From a virus: DNA of 64,000 nucleotides. Below the pieces are notes generated by a model. That model made no database searches. It was given only the letters and a program-made list of their open reading frames with translations, and was not told where the DNA came from. The translations under genes were made by a program, and so were the position numbers. The stretch is taken from positions 10,999 through 74,998 of IMG/VR virus record IMGVR_UViG_3300033150_000473; one strand, 5' to 3'. Shown here one piece after another: positions 27,841 through 38,090 of the stretch. Position 1 is the first letter of the stretch. Each line of letters starts with the position of its first letter.

Positions 27841-28045
27841 ACTAGAGGAGTTGGCTGTAACGAAACAGTTTGGCATACTGCCAGATGTGTGGGATGAGAT
27901 GCCTGTAGCAGAGAGAGAGCGCCTCATTGGGGCTGCGCGTGATCAGGCGGCTATGCAGCAAATCGCGGATATGGGTAGTGAGGAGAAGGCGGCGTTGGGT
28001 GCGATTGGTGGATGGGTGAAGGTGGAGAAAAAGAATGGCAGGTAG
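27767..28045 (+). CDS. frameshift extension of the tail chaperone (T-like), +1 frame
   Basis: Overlapping frame without a good start; FGILPDVWDEMP GT-like motif; CGG TTT CGG at 27763-27771. Confidence 0.55.
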   Translation, partial: FGTKWKGTKLVNLKLPSGEFRTSRELEELAVTKQFGILPDVWDEMPVAERERLIGAARDQAAMQQIADMGSEEKAALGAIGGWVKVEKKNGR

Positions 28046-31004
28046 ACTACCCCTGGCGGGGCTAGAAGCAACCTTCTTCCAAATCAATAAGTTCCTGACG
28101 GACATCAAGCGCTACAACAAGGGTATCATCAGCGCCAAGACCACGACCAAAGCTGGCGCTCAGTCCATGACGGACAGCGCGCAGAAGATGGCGAAGGCGT
28201 GGGATCCGTTCGCGCACACCTTTGAAGACGTGAAGTCAGACGCCGAGAAACTTGGCGGCTCGCTGGAAGACCTGGGGAACAAAACGGCACGCCTCACTGT
28301 ACCTGCTGGGGAGGCAGCAGGCGCAGTCCGCGGCATGGCAACAGACCTGGAGATGGCTGGCTACCAGGTCGAAGTCGTAGAGCAAAAAGTAGAAGATGCC
28401 ACTGGCGTCTTTGAGGGTTTCCGCAAGTCCATGCTGGCTATGGGTGGCCTACGTGGCGGCATGATGTTCCGCTTTATGAAGGGCATGGGCGGCATGGCTG
28501 CTACAACGGCTGTTGTGGGTTATGTAGCTATCCGCGCAGCCAAAGCCATTGGTAAAGCTACAGAGAAACTCGTAGAAGCCCTGGAGGGGATGGAGAGAAC
28601 CGACGTCGCCACCAGTTCCCTGGAGAAACTAGGACAGCAAGCAGGCGTCACGGCAGATGCCATAGTCGCAGGAGCGGTCATCGCCTCACGGTATACGCTC
28701 AAGAGTGCAGAGGTTACAGTCAGAGCAAACCAGTTGATACTGACCAGTCACCAGCAAGTAGTTTCTGCTATTCCTCGGTTGGCGGAGGCTGCTTTCGTCA
28801 CAGCCCGTGCATTGGGCATGGAGACGAAAGATGTGCTGGATGATTGGATTGAAGCTATCACAGAGGGAGACGCAGCGACACTGGAGGCTGAGTACGGGTT
28901 CAAAGACATAGAGAAAGCGGTAGAGGATTACGCCAGAAGCATGGGTGTTGCCGAGGAAGACATAAAAGGCTTCGCGAGGGAACACATTGTACTCCAGGCT
29001 GTACTAGGTCAGACTGAAGACTACACAAGCAGGCTGGGCGAGTCGAGCATAAAATCAGCGGGGATATGGCGCAAGTTCTGGGCCGACTTCAAAGATACCC
29101 TCGCTGAGAACCTGTACTTGCAGAGAAGAATATCGGATCTCTATGCCGAGATTGAGGAAAAGGGCATCGAGGTATCCAAAGAACGCGCAGGGGTCATTCA
29201 GGGAGAGCGCGGGCAAGTTCTTGATCTGATAGAAGTATATGAGGCGCTGCTCGAAGTGCTAGGAAGGGCTGCTCCCTCAGCGTTCGAGTTAGAGAAGTGG
29301 CGCAAGTATGGCGAATCTGGTCGGTTGGCGATAGAAGAACAGATGCTTGCCGAAAAGAATGCTGAGGGTTTTAGGGCGAGGGCGGCAGAGCGCGAAGAAG
29401 AACGTGTCCTAGAAGTCCTCGATGCGCGGCAGGGATACCGCGACCAACTAGAAGCTGATCTCATCAGCCTCACGGGCTATGGACTGTCCTCCGAGAAGAT
29501 ATTGGGGTTGATAGAGCAAAAAGCAGAGGGCCTAGACGCCCTGATGCTGCAACTTGGCGATGACATCCTGACGCCGAAAGGCAAGATTGCGCTCATTGAG
29601 TTCTTTGAAGGGGTATCCAGTATTGGTGAGGCTGCGGAGGAAGTTACAGCTAAACAACAAGAGATAAATGATGCTGTGAGCAGCTTCGTGGTCGAGGCGC
29701 TTGAGATGGGAATGCCCTACCAGGAAGCGTTGCGTTACGGCGAAGAGATGCGGACGCAACTGGAAGGACTGGGCGATCTCTCTACAGAGGAAGCACAAGC
29801 AGCAGCCAATGCAATCGTGGGCATCTTCACCAATATGCTCGACAGAATGGCGCAAAAGACAGATAGTTTCATCAAAGGATTGGTAGAGCGCTCTGCCGCC
29901 GAGTTTGGCAAGTGGGAAACGCAAACGGCGCGGAAAGCGATTACGATTGCCCCTTATGTGACCTTCGAACAGTACCAACAGTACGCTGAGGGCTACAACA
30001 AAGCCATGGAGGAATGGTACAGAAAATACCAACCCAACCTCTGGGGTGACAAAGCACAGTTTGATTTAGCCATCATCAAGAACCGCTGGGATAGTATTGC
30101 CAGTAGTATCACCCGCGCCGGTAAAGGCATAGGCACAAGCGTTTCATCCATGAAGAAGCTGGCCGATGAGACGTTGTTGGCTTCTAAGTACCTGGGCAAG
30201 TGGGCTACAGCATTCAAAGCAGGGCGCGGCGGTACAGGGGTGTTGGCGGCTTATGCGCGGCACGAGGAACCTCTTACGGCGGCATTGATAGACAAGTTGT
30301 GGGGGGAGCAGTTCGCGAAAGATTACGGACGCCCGCCAACTGAGGAAGATTGGAAGGCGCACTGGTACGAGTATTGGTATCCCAAAGAACTGTATCACGC
30401 TCCTGGTGCGCCCATCGGTGCAGCAGGAGGGCCTCTAGCCGAGGAAGCACGCAAACTACTCAGCGAACAGGGGCTTAAGGGCCTTGGCGACATCTACCAG
30501 GATGAATACCTTCAGCGCAAAGGTTTACTTGGTGAGATGGATAAAGAGACACTGGCACGAGAAGACCAAGTTGAGGCGCTAGGCGACCTCACTGCCGCAT
30601 TCCGTTCCGCTACAGAAGTATTCACACCACCAACAGGCGATGAAGAAGACAGTACAGAAGGCGCGGTTGGAGCAATAGTGAAGACAATCGCCAAGGAGCT
30701 GGGCGCGGGCTGGACCGGTATCCCTGAGTTCCAGCATGGTGGCCTCACCAGTGGCGCGGGCCTGGCATTCCTCCACGCTGGCGAGCTAGTCATCCCCCTC
30801 AATAGACTAATTGACACGGTGTCTATGTACGCAGCCGGCGGCAACGGCGGCGGCCTCAGCATCCAGAACCTAAGCATCCCTGTGACGGTTGGCAGTGGCG
30901 CGTCTCCCACGGTCGCTAGAGACGTGCAGACTGCCGTCATTCATGCTATCAAGAACCGCGGCGGCACGGAGATGCGGCGTGCTGCACGGAGACTCGGACG
31001 ATAG
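28035..31004 (+). CDS. tape measure protein
   Basis: 989 aa, Ala/Glu-rich helical; C-terminal FQHGG...LHAGELVIP motif. Confidence 0.88.
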   Translation: MAGRLPLAGLEATFFQINKFLTDIKRYNKGIISAKTTTKAGAQSMTDSAQKMAKAWDPFAHTFEDVKSDAEKLGGSLEDLGNKTARLTVPAGEAAGAVRGMATDLEMAGYQVEVVEQKVEDATGVFEGFRKSMLAMGGLRGGMMFRFMKGMGGMAATTAVVGYVAIRAAKAIGKATEKLVEALEGMERTDVATSSLEKLGQQAGVTADAIVAGAVIASRYTLKSAEVTVRANQLILTSHQQVVSAIPRLAEAAFVTARALGMETKDVLDDWIEAITEGDAATLEAEYGFKDIEKAVEDYARSMGVAEEDIKGFAREHIVLQAVLGQTEDYTSRLGESSIKSAGIWRKFWADFKDTLAENLYLQRRISDLYAEIEEKGIEVSKERAGVIQGERGQVLDLIEVYEALLEVLGRAAPSAFELEKWRKYGESGRLAIEEQMLAEKNAEGFRARAAEREEERVLEVLDARQGYRDQLEADLISLTGYGLSSEKILGLIEQKAEGLDALMLQLGDDILTPKGKIALIEFFEGVSSIGEAAEEVTAKQQEINDAVSSFVVEALEMGMPYQEALRYGEEMRTQLEGLGDLSTEEAQAAANAIVGIFTNMLDRMAQKTDSFIKGLVERSAAEFGKWETQTARKAITIAPYVTFEQYQQYAEGYNKAMEEWYRKYQPNLWGDKAQFDLAIIKNRWDSIASSITRAGKGIGTSVSSMKKLADETLLASKYLGKWATAFKAGRGGTGVLAAYARHEEPLTAALIDKLWGEQFAKDYGRPPTEEDWKAHWYEYWYPKELYHAPGAPIGAAGGPLAEEARKLLSEQGLKGLGDIYQDEYLQRKGLLGEMDKETLAREDQVEALGDLTAAFRSATEVFTPPTGDEEDSTEGAVGAIVKTIAKELGAGWTGIPEFQHGGLTSGAGLAFLHAGELVIPLNRLIDTVSMYAAGGNGGGLSIQNLSIPVTVGSGASPTVARDVQTAVIHAIKNRGGTEMRRAARRLGR

Positions 31005-31015
31005 GAGAAAACACA

Positions 31016-31579
31016 ATGGCTGACTGCGACATTCCCGTCATCTCATTACCCTCAATAACGTGTCTCGCTGACCTGAAAGAGTGGGGCGTGCAAGCCGAAG
31101 CTGCGTTACAAGCGGCTATCGACCACGTGGTCGGCTGTGTCCAAGGCTTCGAGATACCCGATCTGGACATCTGCGTCAGCAAAGACGATCTCATTACATG
31201 TCCGATCACCTGCAACATGATGGACTTCGAGGGGGCAACTTATGCTGACGTAGGCGGGGTCTGTCAGCTACCGCTGCCTCCGAACTTGGGTGATTACGAG
31301 TTCCGTCACGGTACAGGGCTGATAACACCTGGTTACAGGAATGCGTGGAGAAGCACAGCAATCGTCTTTAGCACGCCGTTTACCACCGAACTGCTACATA
31401 TGGCTGTGACAGTGACCTCTGCACCTGGTGGAGACAGTGGCGTTGATGTGAACGGCGAGGGTTACGGCATCATTGTCCAACTGGACTCTATGAGCGCCAA
31501 TGGATGCACGGTTTGGATTTATAGAACTGGCGACGAGGACAGCACTGTAACCTTTACGTACTTCGCTATAGGACAATGA
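31016..31579 (+). CDS. tail-associated protein (gp53-like C-terminal domain)
   Basis: IVFSTPF...FTYFAIG motif. Confidence 0.5.
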   Translation: MADCDIPVISLPSITCLADLKEWGVQAEAALQAAIDHVVGCVQGFEIPDLDICVSKDDLITCPITCNMMDFEGATYADVGGVCQLPLPPNLGDYEFRHGTGLITPGYRNAWRSTAIVFSTPFTTELLHMAVTVTSAPGGDSGVDVNGEGYGIIVQLDSMSANGCTVWIYRTGDEDSTVTFTYFAIGQ

Positions 31580-32709
31580 TACTAGCACAATTCGGTTCAA
31601 AAGCAGCAAAGGGCTGGCGACCTATTTGGTTCGACGGGCTTCTTGACGACCGTGACCAGACGGGCGGCAGTTCCAAGTCTGCGCAGATTGACTTGCCCTG
31701 GGGGGATTTCGCCTCTGACGGCTATGGGGCACATCGTTCCCCGCTGGAAGTCAACGCCATGAATGTCCAGGGGCAGGTCTACTGTTCCTCGCGGCAGACA
31801 GCGGATGAATGGGTGCGAGACATCCGCAGTCGTGTCGGCGTCAAAGACTGGCTCATGGGCTACAGGGGAGGCGGCTGCAAGTGCGGTGCTTGTGGGCCTT
31901 ACGTGCGCTGTTGTAACGTTTGTGGGGGTGAACAGTCAGTGCAGTGGTTCGCCCGTCAGGCGCGGCTGAAAAACGTGTCAATCACCCGCAATCCGCAATC
32001 GAGATACAACCCCGTGCCCGTGCAGATGACATTCGATCCCTACTCCCCCTGGCAGTTGATGTCCACTACCCGCTGGGCCTGGGGCGTGCCTAATAGTCTA
32101 GACACTGTACCCTCAGACGCTTGCAATCCCCCCAGTATCGACGAGATGGCGTGGCCCTGTGTGTTTCCTCCATGTACATTACCACCACCGTCTCGGTTCT
32201 ACAGGCGCGAATTTACTTGGATAGAGAACTACTGTGTTGGCTACTGGTCGGCAGGCCGGTGGATTCGTGCTAGTATCGGAGAACCTACACAGCAGTTCAC
32301 ACACGGCGGCGAGGCTATCATCATCGTTGGCGGTGACACGTTCCCCATAAGCAGATTAGCTTTTACCAACTTCACGCGCTTGGAATTGACGGTCTGCTCA
32401 CCCACTGGTTTCCAGTACAGCTTCACCGTTGACCAGGTATGTGGTGAGCCGCAGTATCTACTCATCTCGCCCTACGCCCCGCCACAGTTCCGGTATTGTC
32501 CTGTGAGCGACGACGAATGTCTCGATACAGTACCCACGGCGGAGTTTGCTGAGATCGCCCAGAACGGCGTGCCCGTGGCTGTGGATTCGCAGACGATGAA
32601 CATCCTCGGTCGCCTGTGGCCTGGTAGAAACATCTTGCGGTTCAACGGAATGCGGTTGCCAGGGCATCCTTTTCACTACTCGTATGATGTGGCCGAAGCG
32701 TTTCTGTAA
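31576..32709 (+). CDS. putative distal tail protein, Cys-rich
   Basis: Position after tape measure; C-terminal LWPGRNIL resembles the Dit LxPGxN motif. Confidence 0.55.
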   Translation: MILAQFGSKAAKGWRPIWFDGLLDDRDQTGGSSKSAQIDLPWGDFASDGYGAHRSPLEVNAMNVQGQVYCSSRQTADEWVRDIRSRVGVKDWLMGYRGGGCKCGACGPYVRCCNVCGGEQSVQWFARQARLKNVSITRNPQSRYNPVPVQMTFDPYSPWQLMSTTRWAWGVPNSLDTVPSDACNPPSIDEMAWPCVFPPCTLPPPSRFYRREFTWIENYCVGYWSAGRWIRASIGEPTQQFTHGGEAIIIVGGDTFPISRLAFTNFTRLELTVCSPTGFQYSFTVDQVCGEPQYLLISPYAPPQFRYCPVSDDECLDTVPTAEFAEIAQNGVPVAVDSQTMNILGRLWPGRNILRFNGMRLPGHPFHYSYDVAEAFL

Positions 32710-32718
32710 GGAGTAACC

Positions 32719-33147
32719 ATGTCTGAGCGCCAAGAAATCATCGACACCATTGACCAGGCAATACTAGCGCACGAGAGGAGGCTGGTTCGCGCCGAACTCA
32801 AGAAAGCCCAAAGTGAGACCAATCCAACCGCGGAGCTCGATACAGCAATCGGCTATGCGAGCAGGGAAATTGACAGGCTCCAAGTCTTAAAGTCGCGCAT
32901 GGACAACCACAACGGGCGCGTCACCCAGCGAGACCGCATGGACAAACTCTCTGCCCAGGTGGGCGAGGTCAAGGGGCAGATGATTGGCGTCAACGGCACG
33001 CTCAAGAACCAGGGCGTGATATTGGGCAGCATCAAGACTACGATTGATACGATTGAGAAAGAATGCCCGCTCTTTCGCGCCGACATGGAGGAAGGCGTAC
33101 TGACATTTGTCAGGAAGACAGATGACCATTCAAGTCTGGGACGATAA
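32719..33147 (+). CDS. hypothetical coiled-coil protein
   Basis: AAGGAG RBS; 142 aa. Confidence 0.6.
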   Translation: MSERQEIIDTIDQAILAHERRLVRAELKKAQSETNPTAELDTAIGYASREIDRLQVLKSRMDNHNGRVTQRDRMDKLSAQVGEVKGQMIGVNGTLKNQGVILGSIKTTIDTIEKECPLFRADMEEGVLTFVRKTDDHSSLGR

Positions 33148-34729
33148 CGACGACGTTTTCTTGGGTCGTCTAACATACCTCCGCGAGGTCACCGCACAAC
33201 TGGTGCTCAGCGAAGCGGGCCAGTTCTCTGCCTCCGCGCCCTACGCCGAGTGGCGTGACCTCATGGAGATCGTGCCCAACTTCCAGCACGTGCGTCTTTA
33301 CGGCCCTGAAGAACTGATGCATGGCATCTGGTTGACGCGCGACGACGACACTGGTATTCCAGGGCATCTAGAGATGGGCGGCGTCGATCTCCTGGAAGAA
33401 CTCCGAGCACCTTGCCTGCCACCAGATTTCTACATTAGCCACTATCCTGCTACAGAGGCTATTGCTTGGTTGCTAGAGCAAAGCGGCACAGGCTGGGCAA
33501 TCGGTGACACAACACTAGCTGCCGTAGGCTATGTATCAGTCAACCTCGGCGGCGAGAGTTACCTGAGCGCCGTCTTGGAGATTGCCGAACTCTCTGGTAA
33601 CTATGTGCGGCACAACGGTATAGACAGAAGCTTGGATGTATTTGCTACGCCGTTCCCTGTGGTGGCTACGATCCTGGGCATGTTGCCTGACGACGAGGAA
33701 CTACCCGCGGCTACAGGAAGAATCGTCGGAGCACCGTCACTGACGATAGATACTGGTGAAGTATTGCGTGGTGTCTATCCTCAGGGTGGTAGTATCATAG
33801 ACACTGAGGGCAACGAGCAGGTATTACGGCCTACAGGTATAGAATCCCTGCCCGTAGGGTTTAGCTTCAATCGTGCGGGAGCTATTGTCAACAACTCTGT
33901 GACCAAGGGCTTGTGGCGGATTGCTGAGTATCCATTGATTGAACCGCTGAGTAATCGCACTGTTACAGCAGACGGCGAAGTCGAAGCTACTGGCAACAAC
34001 TTTATCACCTGCGAGGCATTACGACGCCCCAACAACAGCTTCTGGCTTGGGGGGATTCTAACTGTCGCTGATGTAGAATACAATGTCGTGTCTCATTCCG
34101 GTGCAACAGTCACGGGCGCTTGGGGTACTCAACCTATTGGTGCATCGTTCTCTGTGAAACGCGTCTTCGAGTACGATGCAGATGCTGAGAGCGAGGCGCG
34201 CCAAGACCTCGTAGATGCTGCGGTTGGGTTTATGAGCGCCAACAGCGAAGCATCACAACAACTCTCCGTCACTGTCGAGGGATTGGAAACTATACAGCCT
34301 GGTGATCAAGTGCGGCTAGAATGGATAGCAACAGCCGAGACACAAGACCTGATCACTGACGAACTGACACGTTACATCTTTGATGCCTTCCGCGGTGATT
34401 TGGTGGTCTGTTCCATCACTGTGTCGGTAAGTACAAAAACGGTGCATACTTTGGAGTTAGTCAAAGAGTTGCAGTTGATACCGACCGAAAGCGGTTTACG
34501 GGAGATACAAGCGTTAGCACAGATTTCAGGCCGTTACAACAGGGTGCTGAACGTCATGCCTGTGTCCCGCATGGACATCAACGCTGATGTGTTACGGTTG
34601 CGCCAGACCAAGACGCCACTTAGCGCAGGTGCAAGTGGTAGTCAGGGTGACATCTGTTGGGATGACAATTTTGTCTACATCGCAGTGGGTAACAACACTT
34701 GGAAGCGAGCCGCACTGGCAACTTGGTAA
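33122..34729 (+). CDS. baseplate hub / tail tip protein
   Basis: LSEAGQFS N-terminus; IQPGDQVRL; C-terminal GSQGDICWDDNFVYIAV..NTWKR trimer motif. Confidence 0.7.
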   Translation: MTIQVWDDNDDVFLGRLTYLREVTAQLVLSEAGQFSASAPYAEWRDLMEIVPNFQHVRLYGPEELMHGIWLTRDDDTGIPGHLEMGGVDLLEELRAPCLPPDFYISHYPATEAIAWLLEQSGTGWAIGDTTLAAVGYVSVNLGGESYLSAVLEIAELSGNYVRHNGIDRSLDVFATPFPVVATILGMLPDDEELPAATGRIVGAPSLTIDTGEVLRGVYPQGGSIIDTEGNEQVLRPTGIESLPVGFSFNRAGAIVNNSVTKGLWRIAEYPLIEPLSNRTVTADGEVEATGNNFITCEALRRPNNSFWLGGILTVADVEYNVVSHSGATVTGAWGTQPIGASFSVKRVFEYDADAESEARQDLVDAAVGFMSANSEASQQLSVTVEGLETIQPGDQVRLEWIATAETQDLITDELTRYIFDAFRGDLVVCSITVSVSTKTVHTLELVKELQLIPTESGLREIQALAQISGRYNRVLNVMPVSRMDINADVLRLRQTKTPLSAGASGSQGDICWDDNFVYIAVGNNTWKRAALATW

Positions 34730-34743
34730 CAGAGGAAATGGAT

Positions 34744-37700
34744 ATGCACAAACAGAAGCAACTTCTTCTCATAACCGCTGGCATACTTGTGGTTGCTGCG
34801 TTGCTAGGCTTGCGATCCTGTATGCGCGCGGAGGTAGTAGAGCCCCCAACACCAACAAGAGAACTGGTAGGCGCTCCGCCTGGCGGCGTAATAGGGCCAT
34901 GGCCTGAGCATCAGTTTCCACGGCTCTATGCTACATGGCTACGCTGGGGCGACTGGACGCCTGACAGGGACATTGCTGCGCGCCATCACATCGTGGAGCT
35001 ACAATGCGGCGCAAAGGGGGATTCTGAAAGCCCCACGATTTGCGAGTACCTCAAGGCGGCCAACTCCGACCTGAAGCTGTACGTCTACATGCCCGCCAGT
35101 TTCGAGCAAAGCAACTGGGCTGACTGGATCTCCTGGGGCGCGCGGTATGACTGCCGCGGCTATAACGGGCAAGCCTGTGACGCGAATGCTTGCTGGTTAG
35201 AGGACGCTACAGGCACTAAGGTCAACATGGGGTATGGTGCTTGGGCGATGAACATGTCGCAGTACGGCGGCAGTGGAGCACCAGCAGCCCCATGGAACGA
35301 GACTTATGCAGCCTATCTTGCAGGAGCCAACATCTGGGACAACGGAACGTGTGTTTGGGACGCAGTGCGTTTGGATGTAGCTGGTTATCACAAGCGGCAG
35401 ACGCATTATCCCTGGAACGTGGATGAAGACATTACCGCCGTAGGCGACCAGACTGAGCATGGCGGAGTTCCCCTGGGCATAGCTTGGATAAACCAGGAGT
35501 TCACGGACGGCCTCAACAATGCGCTAAACACTTTTCTCGTAGCAGAGCCAAGCGCATACATCGGTGGCAACGGCATGTGGCAGACTGTTGACACAACGAT
35601 GGCGGTTAGCCCATTTGCTGATGCCGGTTACGCTACGATTGCCATGAACGAGTGGTGGCCGTGGCAGGCCGCTTACGAGGACTGGTACGAAGATGGCCAC
35701 TTGGCGCGCACCTGCGACTGGGAATGCCAGATGAAGCACTATCTAGATTGGCTGGATACAGTTGGCTCTGACGCTGTGTGGATTTCCCTTGGCTGCGATT
35801 ATCATAGCTACGGTCAGTACAAGACCATGCGCTATGGGCTTGGGTCAACGATGCTAGATGACGGGTACTTCTCGTATCAGAACAACTGCTACTCTGGATA
35901 CTCAAACATCGAGCAGTACGACGAATACTGGGTAGACACCACCACAGCAACAACAGATTGGGATCTCTCTAACTTGGGCTACTGCGGCGATCCGGTCAAC
36001 GCGGCCCTCTCACTGAACGACGGAGAAACACTACGCACCAAGATCGCTGACGGTGATGATCTGGATGCGGTATGTTGGTCTAGAGAGTTTGACAACTGCC
36101 TCGTGCTCGTGAACCCCACGGGAAGTTCTTGTACATTCACTGGATTGGGGACAACCTGGCAACACTTCTTGGGCACACAAGACCCAGCCATCAATAGCGG
36201 AGCACTTGTGTCTGCTTCTGAGGCTGTGGTTAGTCAGGACGCTGAGATACTGGTGCGTCGTTCAGGTGAACCAACCGTAACGCCAACATCAGGCCATACA
36301 CCAACGCCGACATTGACACCAACAGCAACGATTACGCCCACCAACACACCAACGCCAACCTCGACGATCACGCCGACAGTCACACCAACGGCGACGCCGT
36401 GCTTTGCATCTTGGTACGAGCCTGACGAAACTGGCCCACCTGCATTGTGGGATGACGTGTGTACGTCTAGCACGGGTGTCGTAAACCTCTCTGGGGCATA
36501 CGCTTGTGCTGGCGATAATAGCTACTGGCACTGGCACAACGAACCGACACCGACCCCTGGCGTTGCTTTCGTTAGCCACGATGTACCCATTACCGATACG
36601 GGGGACTTTGAGGCGTGCATCCGCACCACGGACACTTACACTACACCTGTTACAATAATGCGCGGCGTAGAGGTCAGTGGTACGTACCCGTGCACTAGTA
36701 CACTGCACAACGTGTGGCATGTCAATTACTCTGACCCAAGCTCAACTGATGCGCGGTTCTATTGTGACGTTTGTTCACCTGAACTCAGTTGGGGCATCGG
36801 GGCGCTTCCTGTTGACACCTGGACTACCCTGCGCGTCACGTGGGACTTGCCTGTTGACCCAGGCACAGGATCAATCGAGGTGCTCAAAGCTGGCGGCTCT
36901 GTTGTTAATGCTTCTGGGCTAAGCATGAAGGGCGCAGGCACGCACCACCAAGTCGAGGCGTGCCAGGTAGGTATCATCGACTGGGACAGTCAAGCTACTG
37001 GGCCAGACGATCTTTACAGCGATGAAGCCTATGACAGACAAAATACGGTGACATGTACGCCAACAACTACGCCTACAGTCACGCCGACACCAACGATCAC
37101 AGCAACACCAACTCCAACTCCTACGAACACGGCAACGCCGACAGTTACACCCACGCATACGCCAGGGGCCTCACCGACACCAACACCCACGCCGGGGTAT
37201 GGCACTGCAACGCCAACCGCCCAGGGTACGATGGTAACGCTACACGCAGGAGCAGATACGTTCCTGTGTGAATGCGAATGCGCAACCGGAACGCCACCTG
37301 CGACAAATACGCCTACGCCGTATGCTGGCACAGCCACGCCAACCTGGACGGCAACGCCGACCTGGACACCGACGACCACGCCGACAAATACACCAACACC
37401 AACAGCAACGACACCTCCGCCTGCTTGTTGGGAAACAAGTAACGAAGACCCAGTGCCGGGGGACTGGGATCTGGTTTTTGAGATTGGCAACAATTCTACC
37501 GTAACCCGCACAAATGCCCATGTGTTTGCGGGCGCGTATAGCTACGCGCATGCTATGCCTGGCACTGGAGTTGAAACAAGCGCGTGGGCAGCCACGTGCC
37601 TCACCTGCACCACACCAACTACAACTGACTGGTTCACGGGGCACATCCGTTTCGGCGGCACCAACTGGGGTGCAGGGGTGTGGGATAGGGTGTTTTGGGA

Positions 37701-38079
37701 GATGTCTGTTCCGTCAGAAGGAACGGTCGTGGCGAACATGCGACTGTGGATAGACGGCCCAGCAGGAGATGTAAAACTGTCTTGCCTCTCGCGGTTGTGC
37801 GAACCAGCGCAAACATGGGACATTTTCACGGGCACGCTACAAACGAATCAGTGGTACACCTTTAGTGTCTCCATTGACTTGCCCCAGAACGTCGCAGACG
37901 GAACAGTTGAAGCGTGGTGGGATGACGTGAAAGTGGTAGACTGGTCTGGGCCAACCGCCGATGCAGTTTGGCGCGAGCAAGAACGCATCTGTATCGGACA
38001 CATCAGATCGCACTGGTTCTACCACCCGCAGACAGATTATGTCGACGTGCTAACAGACTGTGGGTGTAGAGCCCCATGA
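34744..38079 (+). CDS. exported putative glycoside hydrolase (TIM-barrel type) with Pro/Thr linkers and two beta-sandwich modules
   Basis: N-terminal hydrophobic segment; WDAVRLD, MNEW, MRYGLGSTMLDDGYF, WSREFDNCLVLVNP; long (PT)n tracts. Confidence 0.7.
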   Translation: MHKQKQLLLITAGILVVAALLGLRSCMRAEVVEPPTPTRELVGAPPGGVIGPWPEHQFPRLYATWLRWGDWTPDRDIAARHHIVELQCGAKGDSESPTICEYLKAANSDLKLYVYMPASFEQSNWADWISWGARYDCRGYNGQACDANACWLEDATGTKVNMGYGAWAMNMSQYGGSGAPAAPWNETYAAYLAGANIWDNGTCVWDAVRLDVAGYHKRQTHYPWNVDEDITAVGDQTEHGGVPLGIAWINQEFTDGLNNALNTFLVAEPSAYIGGNGMWQTVDTTMAVSPFADAGYATIAMNEWWPWQAAYEDWYEDGHLARTCDWECQMKHYLDWLDTVGSDAVWISLGCDYHSYGQYKTMRYGLGSTMLDDGYFSYQNNCYSGYSNIEQYDEYWVDTTTATTDWDLSNLGYCGDPVNAALSLNDGETLRTKIADGDDLDAVCWSREFDNCLVLVNPTGSSCTFTGLGTTWQHFLGTQDPAINSGALVSASEAVVSQDAEILVRRSGEPTVTPTSGHTPTPTLTPTATITPTNTPTPTSTITPTVTPTATPCFASWYEPDETGPPALWDDVCTSSTGVVNLSGAYACAGDNSYWHWHNEPTPTPGVAFVSHDVPITDTGDFEACIRTTDTYTTPVTIMRGVEVSGTYPCTSTLHNVWHVNYSDPSSTDARFYCDVCSPELSWGIGALPVDTWTTLRVTWDLPVDPGTGSIEVLKAGGSVVNASGLSMKGAGTHHQVEACQVGIIDWDSQATGPDDLYSDEAYDRQNTVTCTPTTTPTVTPTPTITATPTPTPTNTATPTVTPTHTPGASPTPTPTPGYGTATPTAQGTMVTLHAGADTFLCECECATGTPPATNTPTPYAGTATPTWTATPTWTPTTTPTNTPTPTATTPPPACWETSNEDPVPGDWDLVFEIGNNSTVTRTNAHVFAGAYSYAHAMPGTGVETSAWAATCLTCTTPTTTDWFTGHIRFGGTNWGAGVWDRVFWEMSVPSEGTVVANMRLWIDGPAGDVKLSCLSRLCEPAQTWDIFTGTLQTNQWYTFSVSIDLPQNVADGTVEAWWDDVKVVDWSGPTADAVWREQERICIGHIRSHWFYHPQTDYVDVLTDCGCRAP

Positions 38080-38090
38080 TGGGAGAAAAT